From Mobula hypostoma (lineage: Eukaryota), in NCBI RefSeq assembly GCF_963921235.1, contig NC_086108.1:108936001-109000000 (forward strand): a DNA stretch of 64,000 nt. The letters run 5' to 3'. Position numbers and translations under genes: made by a program. A model generated the notes under the pieces. The model did no database searches. It had not been told where the DNA came from and saw only the letters and a program-made list of their open reading frames with translations. Position 1 is the first letter of the stretch. Every line of letters begins with the position of its first letter. Below, piece by piece: positions 12,638 through 25,658 of this stretch.

Positions 12638-13475
12638 TTGTATCTGCATCCCTCCCCACTGATCTCCCTCCTGGCACTTATCCTTGTCAGCGGAACAAGT
12701 GCTACACATGCCCTTACACTTCCTCCCTTACCACCATTCAGGGCCCCAGACAGTCCTTCCAGGTGAGGCGACACTTCACCTGTGAGTCAGCTGGGGTGAT
12801 ATACTGCGTACGGTGCTCCCGATGTGGAATTCTATGTATTGTCGAGACCCGACGCAGACTGGGAGACCGTTTCGCTGAACACCTACGCTCTGTCCACCAG
12901 AGAAAGCAGGATCTCCCAGTGGCAACACATTTTAATTCCACATTCCATTCCCATTCTGATATGTCTATCCACGGCCTCCTCTACTGTAAAGATGAAGCCA
13001 CACTCAGGTTGGAGGAACAACACCTTATATTCCGTCTGGGTAGCCTCCAACCTGATGGCATGAACATTGACTTCTCAAACTTCCACTAATGCCCCACCTC
13101 ATCCGTTATTTATTTATATACACACATTCTTTTTCTCTCTCTCCTTTTTCTCCCTCTGTCCCTCTCACTATACCCCTTTCTCATCCTCTGGGCTTCCCCC
13201 CTCTCCCTTTTTTTTCTCCCGAGGCCTCCTGTCCCATGATCCTCTCATATCCCTTTTGCCTATCACCTGTCCAGCTCTTGGCTCCATCCTTCCCCCTCCT
13301 GTCTCCTCCTATCATTTCGGATCTCCCCCTCCCCCTCCCACTTTCAAATCTCTTACTAGCTCTTCTTTCAGTTAGTCCTGACGAAGGGTCTCGGCCTGAA
13401 ACATCGACCGTACCTCTTCCTAGAGATGCTGCCTGGCCTGCTGCGTTCACCAGCAACTTTTACGTGTGTTGCTCA
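12638..13475 (+). mobile_element. Penelope-like element 3' part: GIY-YIG endonuclease plus terminal repeat
   Basis: ORF 12763-13089 FTCESAGVIYCVRCSRCG..ETRRRLGDRFAEH..RLEEQHLIFRLGSLQPDGMN, then a pyrimidine-rich UTR and a hammerhead-containing repeat. Confidence 0.9.
13374..13409 (+). ncRNA. Minimal type I hammerhead ribozyme motif (best-preserved copy)
   Basis: AGUC-CUGACGA-A-GGGUCUCGGCCU-GAAA-CAUC-GACC: catalytic core CUGAnGA and GAAA, stem II, short stem I and an AUC cleavage triplet. Confidence 0.65.
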
Positions 13476-14540
13476 AGTCAACGTGAGTTCATCAGTCTGA
13501 TGGCCTGGTGGAAGAAGCTGTCCCGGAGCCTGTTGGTCCTGGCTTTTATGCTGTGGTACCATTTCCCAGATGGTAGCAGCTGGAATAGATTGTGGTTGGT
13601 GTGACTCGGGTCCCCAATGATCCTACGACCCCTTTTTACACATCTGTCTTTGTAAATGTCCTGAATCATGGGAAGTTCACAACTACAGATGTGATGGGCT
13701 GTGCGCACCACTCTCTGGAGGGTCCTGTGATTAAGGGAGGTGCAGTTCCCATACCAAGCTGTGATGCAGCCAGTTGAGATGCTCTCAATTGTGCCCCTGT
13801 AGAAAGTTCTAAGGATTTGGGGGCCCATACCAAACTTCCTCAACTTTCTGAGGTGAAAGAGGTGCTGTTGCGTCTTTTTCACCACACAGCTGGTGTGTAC
13901 AGACCACGTGAGGTCCTCGGTGATGTGGATGCCAAGGACCTTGAAGCTGTTTACCCTCTCGACCCCAGATCCATTGATGTCAATAGTGGTTAGCCTGTCT
14001 CCATTCCTCCTGCAATCCACAACCAGCTCCTTTGTTTTTGTGACTTTGAGGGAAAGGTTGATTTCTTGACCCATTGTCTCAGAGAGATAAATCCTTCCCT
14101 GAAGGTCACCTCATTATTGTTTCAGATAAGGCCAATCAGTGTAGTGTTGTCCTCAAATTTAGTTAACAGATTAGAGCTGTGGGTGGCGACACATTCATGA
14201 GTGTACAAAGAGTAAAGGAGGGGACTTAGTACACAGCCCTCAGGGGCTCCTGTGCTGAGAGTCATGGGTGTGGAGGTGAGGGAGTCCACTCTTACCACCT
14301 GCTGGCGATCTGACAGGAAGTCCAGGATCCAGCTGCGCAAGGCAGGGTCCAAGGTCTCTGAGCTTCCTGTTGAGCCTGGATGGAATTATGGTGTTGAACG
14401 CTGAACTGTAGTCCAAGAACAGCATTCTCACATAAGTACTTTTCTTCTCCATATGTTTGAGGACGGTATGGAGAGCAGTGGCTATTGAGTTGTCTGTTGA
14501 TCAGTTGTGTCGGTAAGCGAATTGTAGGGGGTCCAGTTTG

Positions 14541-16390
14541 AACCATAGAACCATAGAACACTACAGCACAGTACAGGCCCTTCGGTCTGCGATGTTGCGC
14601 CAACCCATATAATCCTTAAAAAAAGTGCTAAACCCACACTACCCCGTAACCCTCTATTTTTCTTTCATCCATGTGTTGTCCAAGAGGCTCATCAATACCC
14701 CTAATGTTTTAGCCTCCACCACCATCCCTGGCAAGTCATTCCAGGCACCCACAACCCTCTGTGTAAAAAAAACGTACCCCTGATGTCTCCCCTAAACTTC
14801 CCTCCCTTAACTTTGTACATATACCCTCTGGTGTTTGCTATTCGTGCCCTGGGAAACAGGTATTGGCTAACCACCCTATCTATGTCTCTCATAATCTTGT
14901 AGACCTCTAGCAAGTCCCCTCTCATTCTTCTACGCTCCAAAGAGAAAAGTCCCAGCTCTGCTAACATTGCCTCGTAAGACTTGTTTTCCAATCCAGGCAA
15001 CATCCTGGTAAATCTCCTCTGCACCCTCTCCATAGCTTCCACATCCTTCCTATGAGGTGACCAGAATTGAACACTACGCTCTAACTGTGGTCTCACCAGA
15101 GATTTGTAGAGTTGCAACATGACCTCTCTACTCTTGAACTCAATCCCCCTATTAATGAAGCCTAGCATCCCATAGGCCTTCTTAACTACCCTGTCAACCT
15201 GTGCAGCAACCTTGAGGGATGTATGGATTTGAACCCCAAGGTCCCTTTGTTCATCCACACTCTTAAGTAACCGACCATTAATCCTGTACTCAGCCTTCTG
15301 GTTTGTCCTTCCAAAATGCATCACCTCACACTGACCTAGATTGAACTCCATCTGCCACTTTTCTGCCCAACTTTGCATCCTGTCTATATCCTCTTGTAAA
15401 CTTCGACAACCTACAGCTCCATCCACAACTCCTCCAATCTTCGTGTCATCTGCAAATTTACTCACCCATCCTTCCGCCTCTTCATCCAGGTCATTTATAA
15501 AAATCACAAAGAACAGGGGTCCCAGGACAGATCCCTGCAGCACTCCACTATTTACTGACCTCCAGAATACTTTCCGTCCACAACTACCCTCTGCTTTCTT
15601 CTTCCACAACTACCCTCTGCTTTCTTCTTCCACAACTACCCTCTGCTTTCTGCTTCCACAACTACCCTCTGCCTTTTCCAAACAGCCAAGGTTCCACAGA
15701 TCCCATGCCTCATGACTTTCTGCATAATTCTCTCGTGAGGGACCTTGTCAAATGCCTTGCTAAAATCCATGTAGACCACATCTACCGCCGTAAATTCATC
15801 AATTTCTTTTGTTACCTCTTCAAAAAACTCAATCAGGCTCGTGAGGCACGATCTTCCCTTCACAAAGCCATGTTGACTATCCTTGAGTACACTGTACTTC
15901 TCCATGTGCTCATTGATCCTATCCTTAAGAATCCTTTCCAATAGTTTGCAGACCACCGATGTAAGACTCACCGGTCTATAGTTCCCAAGATTCTCCCTAT
16001 TACCTTTTTTAAACAAGGGAACTACATTTGCCATTCTCCAATTCTCCGGCACCTCCCCTGCAGCCAAAGAGGATTCAAAGATCATAGCTACTGCTCCAGC
16101 CATCTCTTCACTCACTTCCCACAACATCCTGGGGTATCTCACGTCCAGCCCTGGGGATTTATCAATCTTGATGTTTTTAAGAAGTTCCGACACCTCTTCT
16201 TCCTTAATCTCCACATTGTCCAGCACACAGGCCTGTTCTATTTCGACCACACCCTGATCAAGATCCTTTTCACTTGTGAATACTGAAGCAAAGTATGCAT
16301 TTAGGACCTCCTCACCCTCCTCCGCCTCCAGGCACATGTTGCCTTCTTTATCCTTTAGCGGCCCCCCCTTCAATCTTGTCATCCTTCTGT
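14541..16390 (-). mobile_element. CR1 LINE, 5'-truncated, disrupted by a 26-bp tandem repeat
   Basis: ORFs 15636-16436 and 14701-15609 carry CR1 RT motifs; (TTCTATGG)n tail at about 14541-14558. Confidence 0.92.
15577..15675. repeat. 26-bp tandem repeat, about 4 copies
   Basis: tccacaactaccctctgc recurs at 15577, 15603, 15629 and 15655. Confidence 0.9.
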
Positions 16391-16677
16391 TCTGTTTGGG
16401 TGGAAGCAAGCTGCAGATGTTATCCTTGACCAACATCTCAAAGCATTTGCTTATTATTGAGGTGAGTGCAAAAGGACGTCAGTCATTCAGGAATGTTACC
16501 TTGCTCTTTTTTGGTACGGGGACAATAGTGGATAATTACAGGTTACCAATCAAGAATTATAGGCAATAGGCTTAATGTGAAGGGGAGGGAATGGATGTTA
16601 AAAGGACCTGAGGGACAACTTCTTCACACGGAGCGAGGTACGACTGTGGAACGAGCTGCCAGAGAAGAAGGTGCAAG

Positions 16678-17835
16678 TTCTTTGACAAGGTGCCACACAT
16701 GAGGCTGCTTACCAAGTTAAGACCCCATGGTATTACAGGAAAGTTACTAACATGGTTAGAGAATTGGCTGATTGGTAGGAGGGAGTGAGTGGGAATAAAA
16801 GGATCCTTTTCTGGTTGGCTGCCAGTGACTAGTGGTGTTCCGCAGGGGTTGGTGTTGGGACCACTTCTTTTTATGCTGTATATATATATATATGTAAATG
16901 AGTTAGATGATGGAATAGATGGCTTTGTTGCCAAGTTTGCAGATGGTACGAAGATTGGTGGAGGGGCAGGTAGTGTTGAGGAAGCAGGCAGGATGCAGAA
17001 GGACTTAGACAGGTTAGGAGAATGAGCAAGAAAGTGGCAAATCAAACACAATGTTGGAAAATGCATGGTCAGGCACCTTGGTAGTAGAAATAAATGTGTG
17101 GACTATTTTCAAAATAGGGAAAAAATCCAGTAATCTGAGATGAACAGGGACTGGGGAGTCCTTGTGCAGAACACCCTGAAGGTCAACTTGCAGGTTGAGT
17201 CGGTGGTGAGGAAGGCAAATGCCATGTTAGCATTCATTTCAAGAATGTAATGCTGAAGCTTTATAAGGCACCTTTAGTGTTGTGAACAGTTTTGGGCCCC
17301 TCATCTTAGAAAAGATGTGCTGGCATTGGAGAGGGTCCAGAGGAGGTTCAGAAGGATGTTTCCAGGATTGAAAGGGTTATCATACGAGGAACGTTTGATG
17401 GCTCTGGCTCTGTACCCGCTGGAATTCAGAAGGATAAGGGGGATCTCATTGAAACCTTTTGAATGTCGAAAGGCCTAGAGAGAGTAGATGTGGAAATGAT
17501 GTTACTTATGGTGGGAGAGTTTAGGACAAGAGGGCACAGCCTCGGGATAGAGGGGAGCCCTTTCAAAACAGAGATGCAGCGAAATTTCTTTAGCCAAAGG
17601 GTGGTGAATTTGTGGAATTTGTTGCCACATGCAGCTGTGGAGGCCAGTTCAATGGGTGTATTTAAGGCAGAGATTGATAGGTTCTTGATTGGACGTGGCA
17701 TCAAAGGTAATGGAGAGAAGGCCGGGAACTGGGGTTGAAGAGGAGGAAAAAAAGAAGGATCAGCTATGACTGAACGGCAGAGCAGACCCGATTGGCCAGA
17801 TGGCCTAATTCTGCTCCTATGTCTTATGGTCTTTG
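16678..17835 (+). mobile_element. CR1 LINE RT/3' fragment, degenerate
   Basis: FDKVPH, SGVPQG.VLGP, KFADGTK, then NFFSQRVVNLWN and the 3' UTR. Confidence 0.88.
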
Positions 17836-17849
17836 GTCTAAGTTCAACC

Positions 17850-18535
17850 AGCAGACACAAAATGCTGGAGGAACTTAGCAGGCCAGGCAGCATCTATGGT
17901 AAAGAGTAAACTGTCAATGTTTCGGGCCGAGACCCTTCAGCAGGACTGGAGAAAAAAATGAGGAGTAGAGTTAAAAGGTGGGGGGAAGGGAGGGAGAAAC
18001 AGAAGGTAGTAGGTGAAACTGGGAGGGGGGAAGGGTGAAGAGCTGGGATGTACATTGGTGAAAGAGATACAGGGCTGGAGAAGGGGGAGTGTGATAGGAG
18101 ACGACAGAAGAGCATGGAAGAGAGAAAAGGAGAGAGGAGTACCATAGGAGGTGATGAGTGGGCAAGGAGATAAGGTGAGAGAGGGAAAATGGGATGGAGA
18201 ATGGTAAGGATTGGGGGGGGGGTTGTGATTACCATAAGTGCGAGAAATTGATACTCATGCCATTAGGTTGGAGGCTACCCAGGTGGAATATAAGGTGTTG
18301 TTCCTCTAACCTGAGTGCAGCCTCATCATGACAGTGGAGAAAGCCATGGATAAATTTATCGGAATGAGAATGGGAAATGGAATTAAAATGGGTGCTCAGT
18401 GATCCTTGTGGAAAGCCGAAAAATGAAAGATGTGCTTGGTGGTGAGATCCCCTTGGAGATGGTGAAAGTTCTGGAGAATCATGTACTGACGCGCAGACTG
18501 GTGGGGTGGTAGGAACCCTAATCCTTGTTCTTTGG
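17850..18535 (-). mobile_element. Penelope-like element 3' fragment, internally deleted
   Basis: THFNS..HCHDEAALRLEEQHLIFHLGSLQPNGM plus a terminal repeat with a hammerhead variant at 17911-17948. Confidence 0.85.
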
Positions 18536-19981
18536 AGGCCAAGGTGCAAAACACAATGAATAGAGTCACACACAGCACACATAGTTACAATATATCACAT
18601 ACACTATAGTTACAATAAAGCACAATTCACTCTCAAAATAATATTAGCACTAGTCCCTAAGTGCCATGGCCTGAAGATTATGGCACATGGTATATTGTCC
18701 TGGAACCATGTTTCTGTAAGAATAAGCCCGCAGCAGTTCCTCATCTCTCGGGGTCAGTTGCAGACCACAGTGATCCAGTTTGTTTTCCAGCCTTTTAACT
18801 TGATGCGGATTCCAGTGAGCTGACCATATTTCTGTTTCCTCTGTGGCAACCACCGACTCTGCCGCCTGGTCCATGCACTCGCTCAGGTGGGCTGCAGAAC
18901 AGGTTTGGCAATCACACTCGAGAGTATGCATGTTCCAGCTATATACTGTTCTGTTATGGTGGTATTTAAATCCCTTCTTTTCATTCTCATCTTGTCAAGA
19001 TTTGACCAAAAGCACAGCAATGTTTATATTCCCTGCTGACCCTCATCCTTGTCTGGGAAAGAGGACGACTGTTTCAGCTGATGCTGTAAAGGAGCTGTGT
19101 TCATTTAGTATTTAGTTATTGCTTCTATCCACAGCGTTGGCATTTAACTTTCAGTTTGAGAGTTTTAGTTGATAGCCCTGCTGGCTTATCATTTATTGTT
19201 TTTCCTTTCCTTTAAATTCTGCAACAGTTCTCATTAAAGTCAGTGAACTGTTGACTTGCTTCAGTGTGTCTGTTCCTCTGCGCTTGGGTCACATCTGAAC
19301 ATTTTGAAGCTCTCACACTGCTTCCCCTGGGGTGGCTGTAACAGACAACACAATGGTCTGAGGGCTAGGTGCACACAATAACCCAATTATGCAGCTCCTC
19401 TGCTGTTGATCTCACTAATGAACTGGACTTATAGTACTCTGAATTATTAATATTCAACAGTGTCTTGTGATCACAAGAAGATTGAGACAGGTCCGACAAA
19501 CAATGTTTTAAAGAGACTCTGATAGGAAAGGAATAAAGAGATATGGACCAAGCACAGGCAAATGAGTCTAACTTAGGCAGCACTGCTGCATCCTGATGTT
19601 TCTGCAGTCCGCAAGTTCTTTGGAAGTCAAGAATGAAGCATAAAACTTGGTTGTTACAGCTGCTTTATTAATTGTTACAAGAGCAAACAAGAAGTCTGGT
19701 GATAGAAACAAAGAAAGAGAAAGAAGAAAAAAGTTGTTTTGCTCTTCTCATACCAGAAATCATCAGCCCTCTGGGCCTGTGCACCTGTATTTGATAATTG
19801 TCGTCTTATCTAGAGTCATTATGCCCTTGTGCTTTCTGTTTAATCTTGTCAAACTGCAGAATCAGAATCAGAATCGGAAACAGGTTTAATATCACTGGCA
19901 AATGTCATGAAATTTATTAAATTTGCCGCAGCAGCACAATGCAATACATGATAATATAGGAAAAAAGCTTGTTAAATACCT

Positions 19982-22850
19982 TAAGACCATAAGACATAGG
20001 AGTGGAATTAGGCCATTTGGCCCATCGAGTCTGCTGCTGCATTCAGTCATGGCTGCTCCTGTATCCCCTCCTCAGCCCCACTCCCTGGCCTTCTCCCCAT
20101 AACCTTTGATGCCGTGTCCAATCAAGAGCTTATCAAGCTCTGCCTTAAATACACCCAATGACCTGGCCTCCACAACTGCCTGTGGTAATAAATACCACAA
20201 ATTTACCCCCATCTGGCTAAAGAAATTTCTCTACATCTCTGTTTTAAATGGATGCCCCTCTATCCCGAGGCTGTGCCCTCTTTTCTTAGACTCCTCCACC
20301 ATCCTTTCCACATCTACTCTGTCTAGGCCTTTCAACATTCAAAACGTTTCAATGAGATCCTCCCTTATCCTTCTAAATTCTAGTGAGTACAGACCCAGAG
20401 CTATCAAACATTCCTCGTATGATAACCCTTTCATTCCCGGAATCATCCTTGTGAATCTCCTCTGGACACTCTCCAATGCCAACATATCTTTTCTGAGATG
20501 AAGAGCCCAAAACTGTTCACAATACTGAAGATGAGGCCTCACCAGTGCCTTATAAAGCCTCAGCACCACATCCTTGCTCTTGTATTCTTGACCTCTTGAG
20601 ATACATTTGCCTTCCTCACCATTAACTCTACCTTAATTTGCTCTGCACAAGGACCCTCAAGTCCTTTTGCATTTCAGAATTTTGCATTTTCTCCCAGTTT
20701 AGAAATTAGTCTGCACATTTATTTCTACTACCAAAGTGCATGACCATGCATTTTCCAAAATTGTATTTTGTTTGCCACTCTCTTGCTCATTCTCCTAATC
20801 TGTCAAAGTCCTTCTGCAGCCTTCCTGTTTTTTCAAAACTACCTGCTCCTCCACCAATCTTCATGTCATCAGCAAACTTGGCAACAAAGCCATCTATTCC
20901 ATAATCTAAATCATTGATATACAGCAGAAAAAGCAGTCCCAACACCAACCCTATGTAACATCACTTGTCACTGGCAGGCAACCAGAAAAAAATCATTTTA
21001 TTCCCATTTTCTGCCTCCTACCAATCAGCCAATGCTCTACCCATGCTAGTAACTTTCCTGCAATGCCATGGGCTTTTTTCTTGGTAAGCAGCCTCATGTG
21101 CAGCCACTTGTCAAAGGCCTTCTGAAAATCCAAATATACAACACACGCTGCATCCCCTTTATCTATCCTACTTGTAATCTTCTCAAAGAATCCCAAAAGA
21201 CAAGATTTTTCCTTAAGGACACCATGCTGACTTTGTCCTATCTTGTCCTGTGTCACCAAGTACTCCATAACCTTGTCTTTAATTGACTCCAACATCTTCC
21301 CAACCACTGAGGTCAGGCTAACTAGTCTATAATTTTCCTTCTGCTGCCTTCCTCACTTCTTGAAGAGTGGAGTGACATTCACAATTTTCCAGTCCTCTGG
21401 CACCATTCCAGAATCCAATGATTTTCGAAAGATCATTACTATTGCCTCCACAATCTCTACCACCACCACTTTCAGAACCCTAGGGTGTAGTTCATCTGGT
21501 CCGGGTGACTTATGTATCCTTAGGTCTTTCAGCTTTTTGGGCATCTTCTCCCTTGTTATAGCAACAGCACCCACTTCTCTTCCTTCACAAACTACATCTG
21601 GCACACTGCTAGTGTCCTCTACAGTGAAGACTGATGCAACACATTCATTTAGTTCATCACCCATCTCCCTGGCCCCTGTTATTATTTCTCTGGCCTCATT
21701 TTCCAGCCTACGTCCACTCTCATCTCTCTTTAATTTTTTACATACTTGAAAAAGCTTGATATTGTTTGCTAACTTGCTTTCATATTTCATGTTTTCTCTC
21801 TTAATGATTCTTTTAGTTGCTCTCTGTAGGGTTTTAAAGGCTTCCTAATCCTCTGCCTTCCCACTAATTTTTGCTTTGTTGTATACCCTTTCTTTTGTTT
21901 CTACATTAGCTTTGATTTCCTTTGTCAGCCACAGTTATACTATTTTGCCATTTGAGTATTCCTTTGTCTTTGGAATACATCTATCCTGCACTTTCCTCAT
22001 TTTCCCCAGAAACTCACACCATTGCTGCTCTGATGTCATCCCTGCCAGCATTTCCTTCTAATTTACTTTGGCCAATTCTTCTCTCTTACCACTGTAATTT
22101 CTTTACTCCACTGAAGTACTGCTACGTCAGACTTTATTTTCTCCCTATCAAATTTCACGTTGAACTCAATCATATTGTGATCACTGCCTCCTAAGGGTTC
22201 TTTTACCTTAAGCTTCCTAATCACCTCCAGTTCATTACAAACACCCAATCCAGTATAGTTGTTCCCCCAGTAGATTCAACGACAAACTGCTGTAAAAAAA
22301 AAACTTCAGAAAACTCACTCTCTTGAGGTCCATTTCCAACCTGATTTTCCCAATCGACCTGCATGTTGAATTCTCCCATGACTATCATAACATTGTCCTT
22401 TCGACATGCCTTCTCTATTTCCTGTTGTAAACTGTGGTACACATCCCAGCTACTGTTGGGAGGCCTGTATATAACTATCATCTTTTTACCCTTGCAGTTT
22501 CTTAACTCAACCATTAGTACTCAACATCTTCAAATCATGTGTCACATTTTCTACTGATTTGATGACATTACCAGTACAGCCACGCCTTCTCCTCTACCTA
22601 GCTTCTTATCCCTCCAATACGATGTGTAACCTTGGACATTTAATTCCCAACTACAACCATCCTTCAGCCATGATTCAGTGATGGCCACAACATCATACCT
22701 GACCATCTGTAAAAGTGCAATAAGATCATTCACCTTATTTCTTATACTCCGTGCATTGAGATATAACACTTTATTTGCTACCCTTTTTGATTCTGCATCC
22801 CCAATGCACTGATACTCACCTTGCTGACTGCAATTATGTCCTACCCTTCC
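19982..22850 (-). mobile_element. CR1 LINE, near-complete but degenerate ORF2
   Basis: LYLNARSIRNK (APE), IYRPPN, GSDHN, KSPGPDELHPRVLK, YLDFQKAFDK and the 3' UTR, across many frameshifts. Confidence 0.9.
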
Positions 22851-22899
22851 TGTAAGTATATATAAGTATATCAAATAGTTAAATTAAATAAGTTGTACA

Positions 22900-25068
22900 A
22901 TAAGCAGAAATAAAAAAAAAGTAGTGAGGTAGTGTTCACGGTTTCAATGTCCATTCAGAAATCTAATGGCAGAGGGGAAGAAGCTGTTCCTGAATCGCTG
23001 AGCGTGTGCCTTCAGGCTTCTGTACCTCCTTCCTGACAGTAACAGTGAGAAGAGGACATGTCTTAGGTGGTGCAGGTTCTTAATAATGGACGCTGCCTTT
23101 ATGAGGCACTACACCTTGAAGATATATTGGATTCTATGGAGGCTAGTACCCATTATGGATCTGATTAATCTTACCACTCTGCAGCTTACTTCAATCTGGT
23201 GCAGTAGCTCACCCATACCAGACAGTGATGTAATCAGTCAGAATGCTCTCCACAGTACACCTGTAGAAATTTTTGAGTGTTTTAGGTGACATTCCAAATC
23301 TCCTCAAACTCCTAATGAAATATAGCCGCTGCCTTGTCTTCTTTATAGCTGCATTGATACAAGGGGTGATTGATAAGTTCGTCGCCTAAGACAGAAGGAG
23401 TTAATTTTAGAAAACCTAGCACATTTATTTTTCAACATAGTCCCCTCCTACATGTACACACTTAGTCCAGCGGTCGCGGAGCATACGGATCTCTTCTTTG
23501 TAGAAGTGGTCCACAGCAGGGGTGATTGATAAGTTCATGGTCCAAGGAAGAAGGAGTTGAGTTATTAACTTCAAACTTTCTGTATTATCACTCAAAGAGT
23601 TGACCTGTACGTGCATGTAACGAGAGCATCTTGGACCTCCAGGTGGTCCACAACAGGAGTGATTGATATGTTTGTGGCCTCAGATAGAAGGAGATGAGTT
23701 ATACCACTTTCATTCCATGCACATGCAGTTCAACTCTGAGTGAAAATGCAGAAAGTTTGAAGTTAATAACTCATCTCCTTCTACCTTAGGCTACGAACTT
23801 ATCAATCACCCCTGCTGTGGACCATTTCTGGAGGTCCAAGGTGCTGACTTTTACAAAGAAGTGATCCGTATGCTCCTCGACCGCTGGACTAAGTGTGTAA
23901 ATGCAGGAAAAATACATGTGCTGGGTTTTCTAAAATTGACTCCTTCTACTTTAGGCCACAAACTTATCAATCACCCCTTGTACGCTGGGACCAGCGTAGA
24001 TTCTCTGAGATATTAACAACCAGGAACTTGAATTGTGCACTCTCTTCACTTCTGCTCCATCTGTAACGACTGGTGTCTGTTCCCTCGTCCTACCCTTTCT
24101 GAAGTCCACAATCAGCTCTATGGTCTTACTGACATTGAGTGCAAGGTTGTTACTGCGAGACCACTCAGCTATCTGGCATATCTCACTCCTGTAAGCCCTC
24201 TCATCTCCAACTGAGATTCTACCAACAATGGTTGTATCATCAGCAAATTTATCGATGTCATCTGAGCTGTGCCGAGCCACACGGTTTTGGGAGTAGAGAG
24301 TGTAGAGAAATGGGCTAAGCACACATCACTGCTGTGCGCTAGTGTTGATCATCAGCGAGGTGGAGCTGTTATACCAATCAGGATCCAGTCAAGGATCCAG
24401 TTGCAGAGAGAGGTACAGAAGTCCAGCTTCTGTAGCTTTTCAATCAGGATTGCAGGAATAATGGTGTTAAACACTGAGCTATACTCACGTAACAGCATCC
24501 TGACATAGGTATTTGTATTGTCAGGTGATCAAAGGCAGGTGGAGAACTAACAAGCTCACATCCACCATAAACCTATTACGATGATAGGCAAATTGCAATG
24601 GTCCAGGTCCTTGCTGAGGCAGGAGTTCAGTCTAGCCATGACCAACCTCTCAAGGCACTTCCTCACCGTAAATCAGAGTGCTACTGGATGAGTTATTAAG
24701 AAAGATCACTTGATTATTTTAGGACACTTTTTTAATTGCTGCCCTTTTGAATCAGGTGGGAACTTCAAACTGTAGCAGTGAGATGTTGGAAAGGTCTTTG
24801 AAAAGTCCCTCCAATTGGTTGCAACAAGTTTTCAGATCCTTACCAGGTACTCCATCAGGGCCTGCCACGTTGTGAGGGTTCTCCCTGCTGAAAGCCTTCC
24901 TGACGCAGAAAAATAAAAAGAATCTTTGACTTTGACGTTGGCCTGTGAGACAGAGCTCACAGGGTCACCAAGTGCTGGAAGGATCCTCGTAGCTGTTGTT
25001 TTATTCTCCCTTTGAAAGTGAGCATAAAAGTCATTAATCTCCTCTGGGAGTGAAACATCACTGCCAGA
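22900..25068 (-). mobile_element. Rex1/Babar-like LINE fragment, host of a mariner MITE
   Basis: SLPEEINDFYAHF, LSPFLYTLY..KFADDTTIVGRI..LNVSKT.ELIVDFRK. Confidence 0.8.
23360..23980. mobile_element. Mariner-derived fold-back MITE
   Basis: TIRs caaggggtgattgataagtt / aacttatcaatcaccccttg, TA on both sides, and a transposase C-terminal remnant FYKEEIRMLRDRWTKCVHVGGDYVEK. Confidence 0.88.
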
Positions 25069-25658
25069 TGAGCTCATTTTATTTTGACGAGTTTATTTTG
25101 ACTGGCAGGTGCTTTCCACATACTGTGATTATTTAAAGCGGGCTCCTTATTAGCACTTATCTCAGGGTCGTTGAGTTTCAAAAATGATTCATCTCACAGT
25201 ATCACTCGGACAAGCCACCAACACCATTCTGTTGGAATGCTAATGAATAGACTCTTGCTTATGGTACTACATGGGAGTCTGTCATTTCTCCTCAGTCATT
25301 TGTCAGTGCACACCGTGAAACCGGACAAGAGATAGAAGTTAACCAGTAAGGTAGATCCTGGAGAAGCATCTCAGATGAAACGTCAACTGTACTCATTACC
25401 ATAGATGCCTGCTGACCTGCTGAGTTCCTTCAGCATTTGTGTGTGTAGCCAAGAAGATAGTCAGATCCAAGTGTACATAAACGATTATATAAAGATACAA
25501 GCAAGCAGAGGAAAGAATTACTGCAAGGAAAATAACAATTCAACAGCTCAATCCAACAGCATTTTGGTCAAGCATGGATCTCCTGGGCTGAAGGGCCTGT
25601 TTCTGTGTTGTACCACTTTACGAGGTGAAAAGTGGTGATCAGCAGAGATAGAGTGAAT

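Larger units (their letters stand above)
13478..16540 (-). mobile_element. Rex1/Babar-like LINE RT fragment, split by a CR1 insertion at 14541-16390
   Basis: [55 protein letters not shown]; the host sequence resumes at about 16391. Confidence 0.85.

Noticed and set aside
25296..25345. Possible small plus-strand exon (ctcctcag...CA/gtaagg)
   Set aside because: Splice-like signals only, which are expected by chance in 64 kb.
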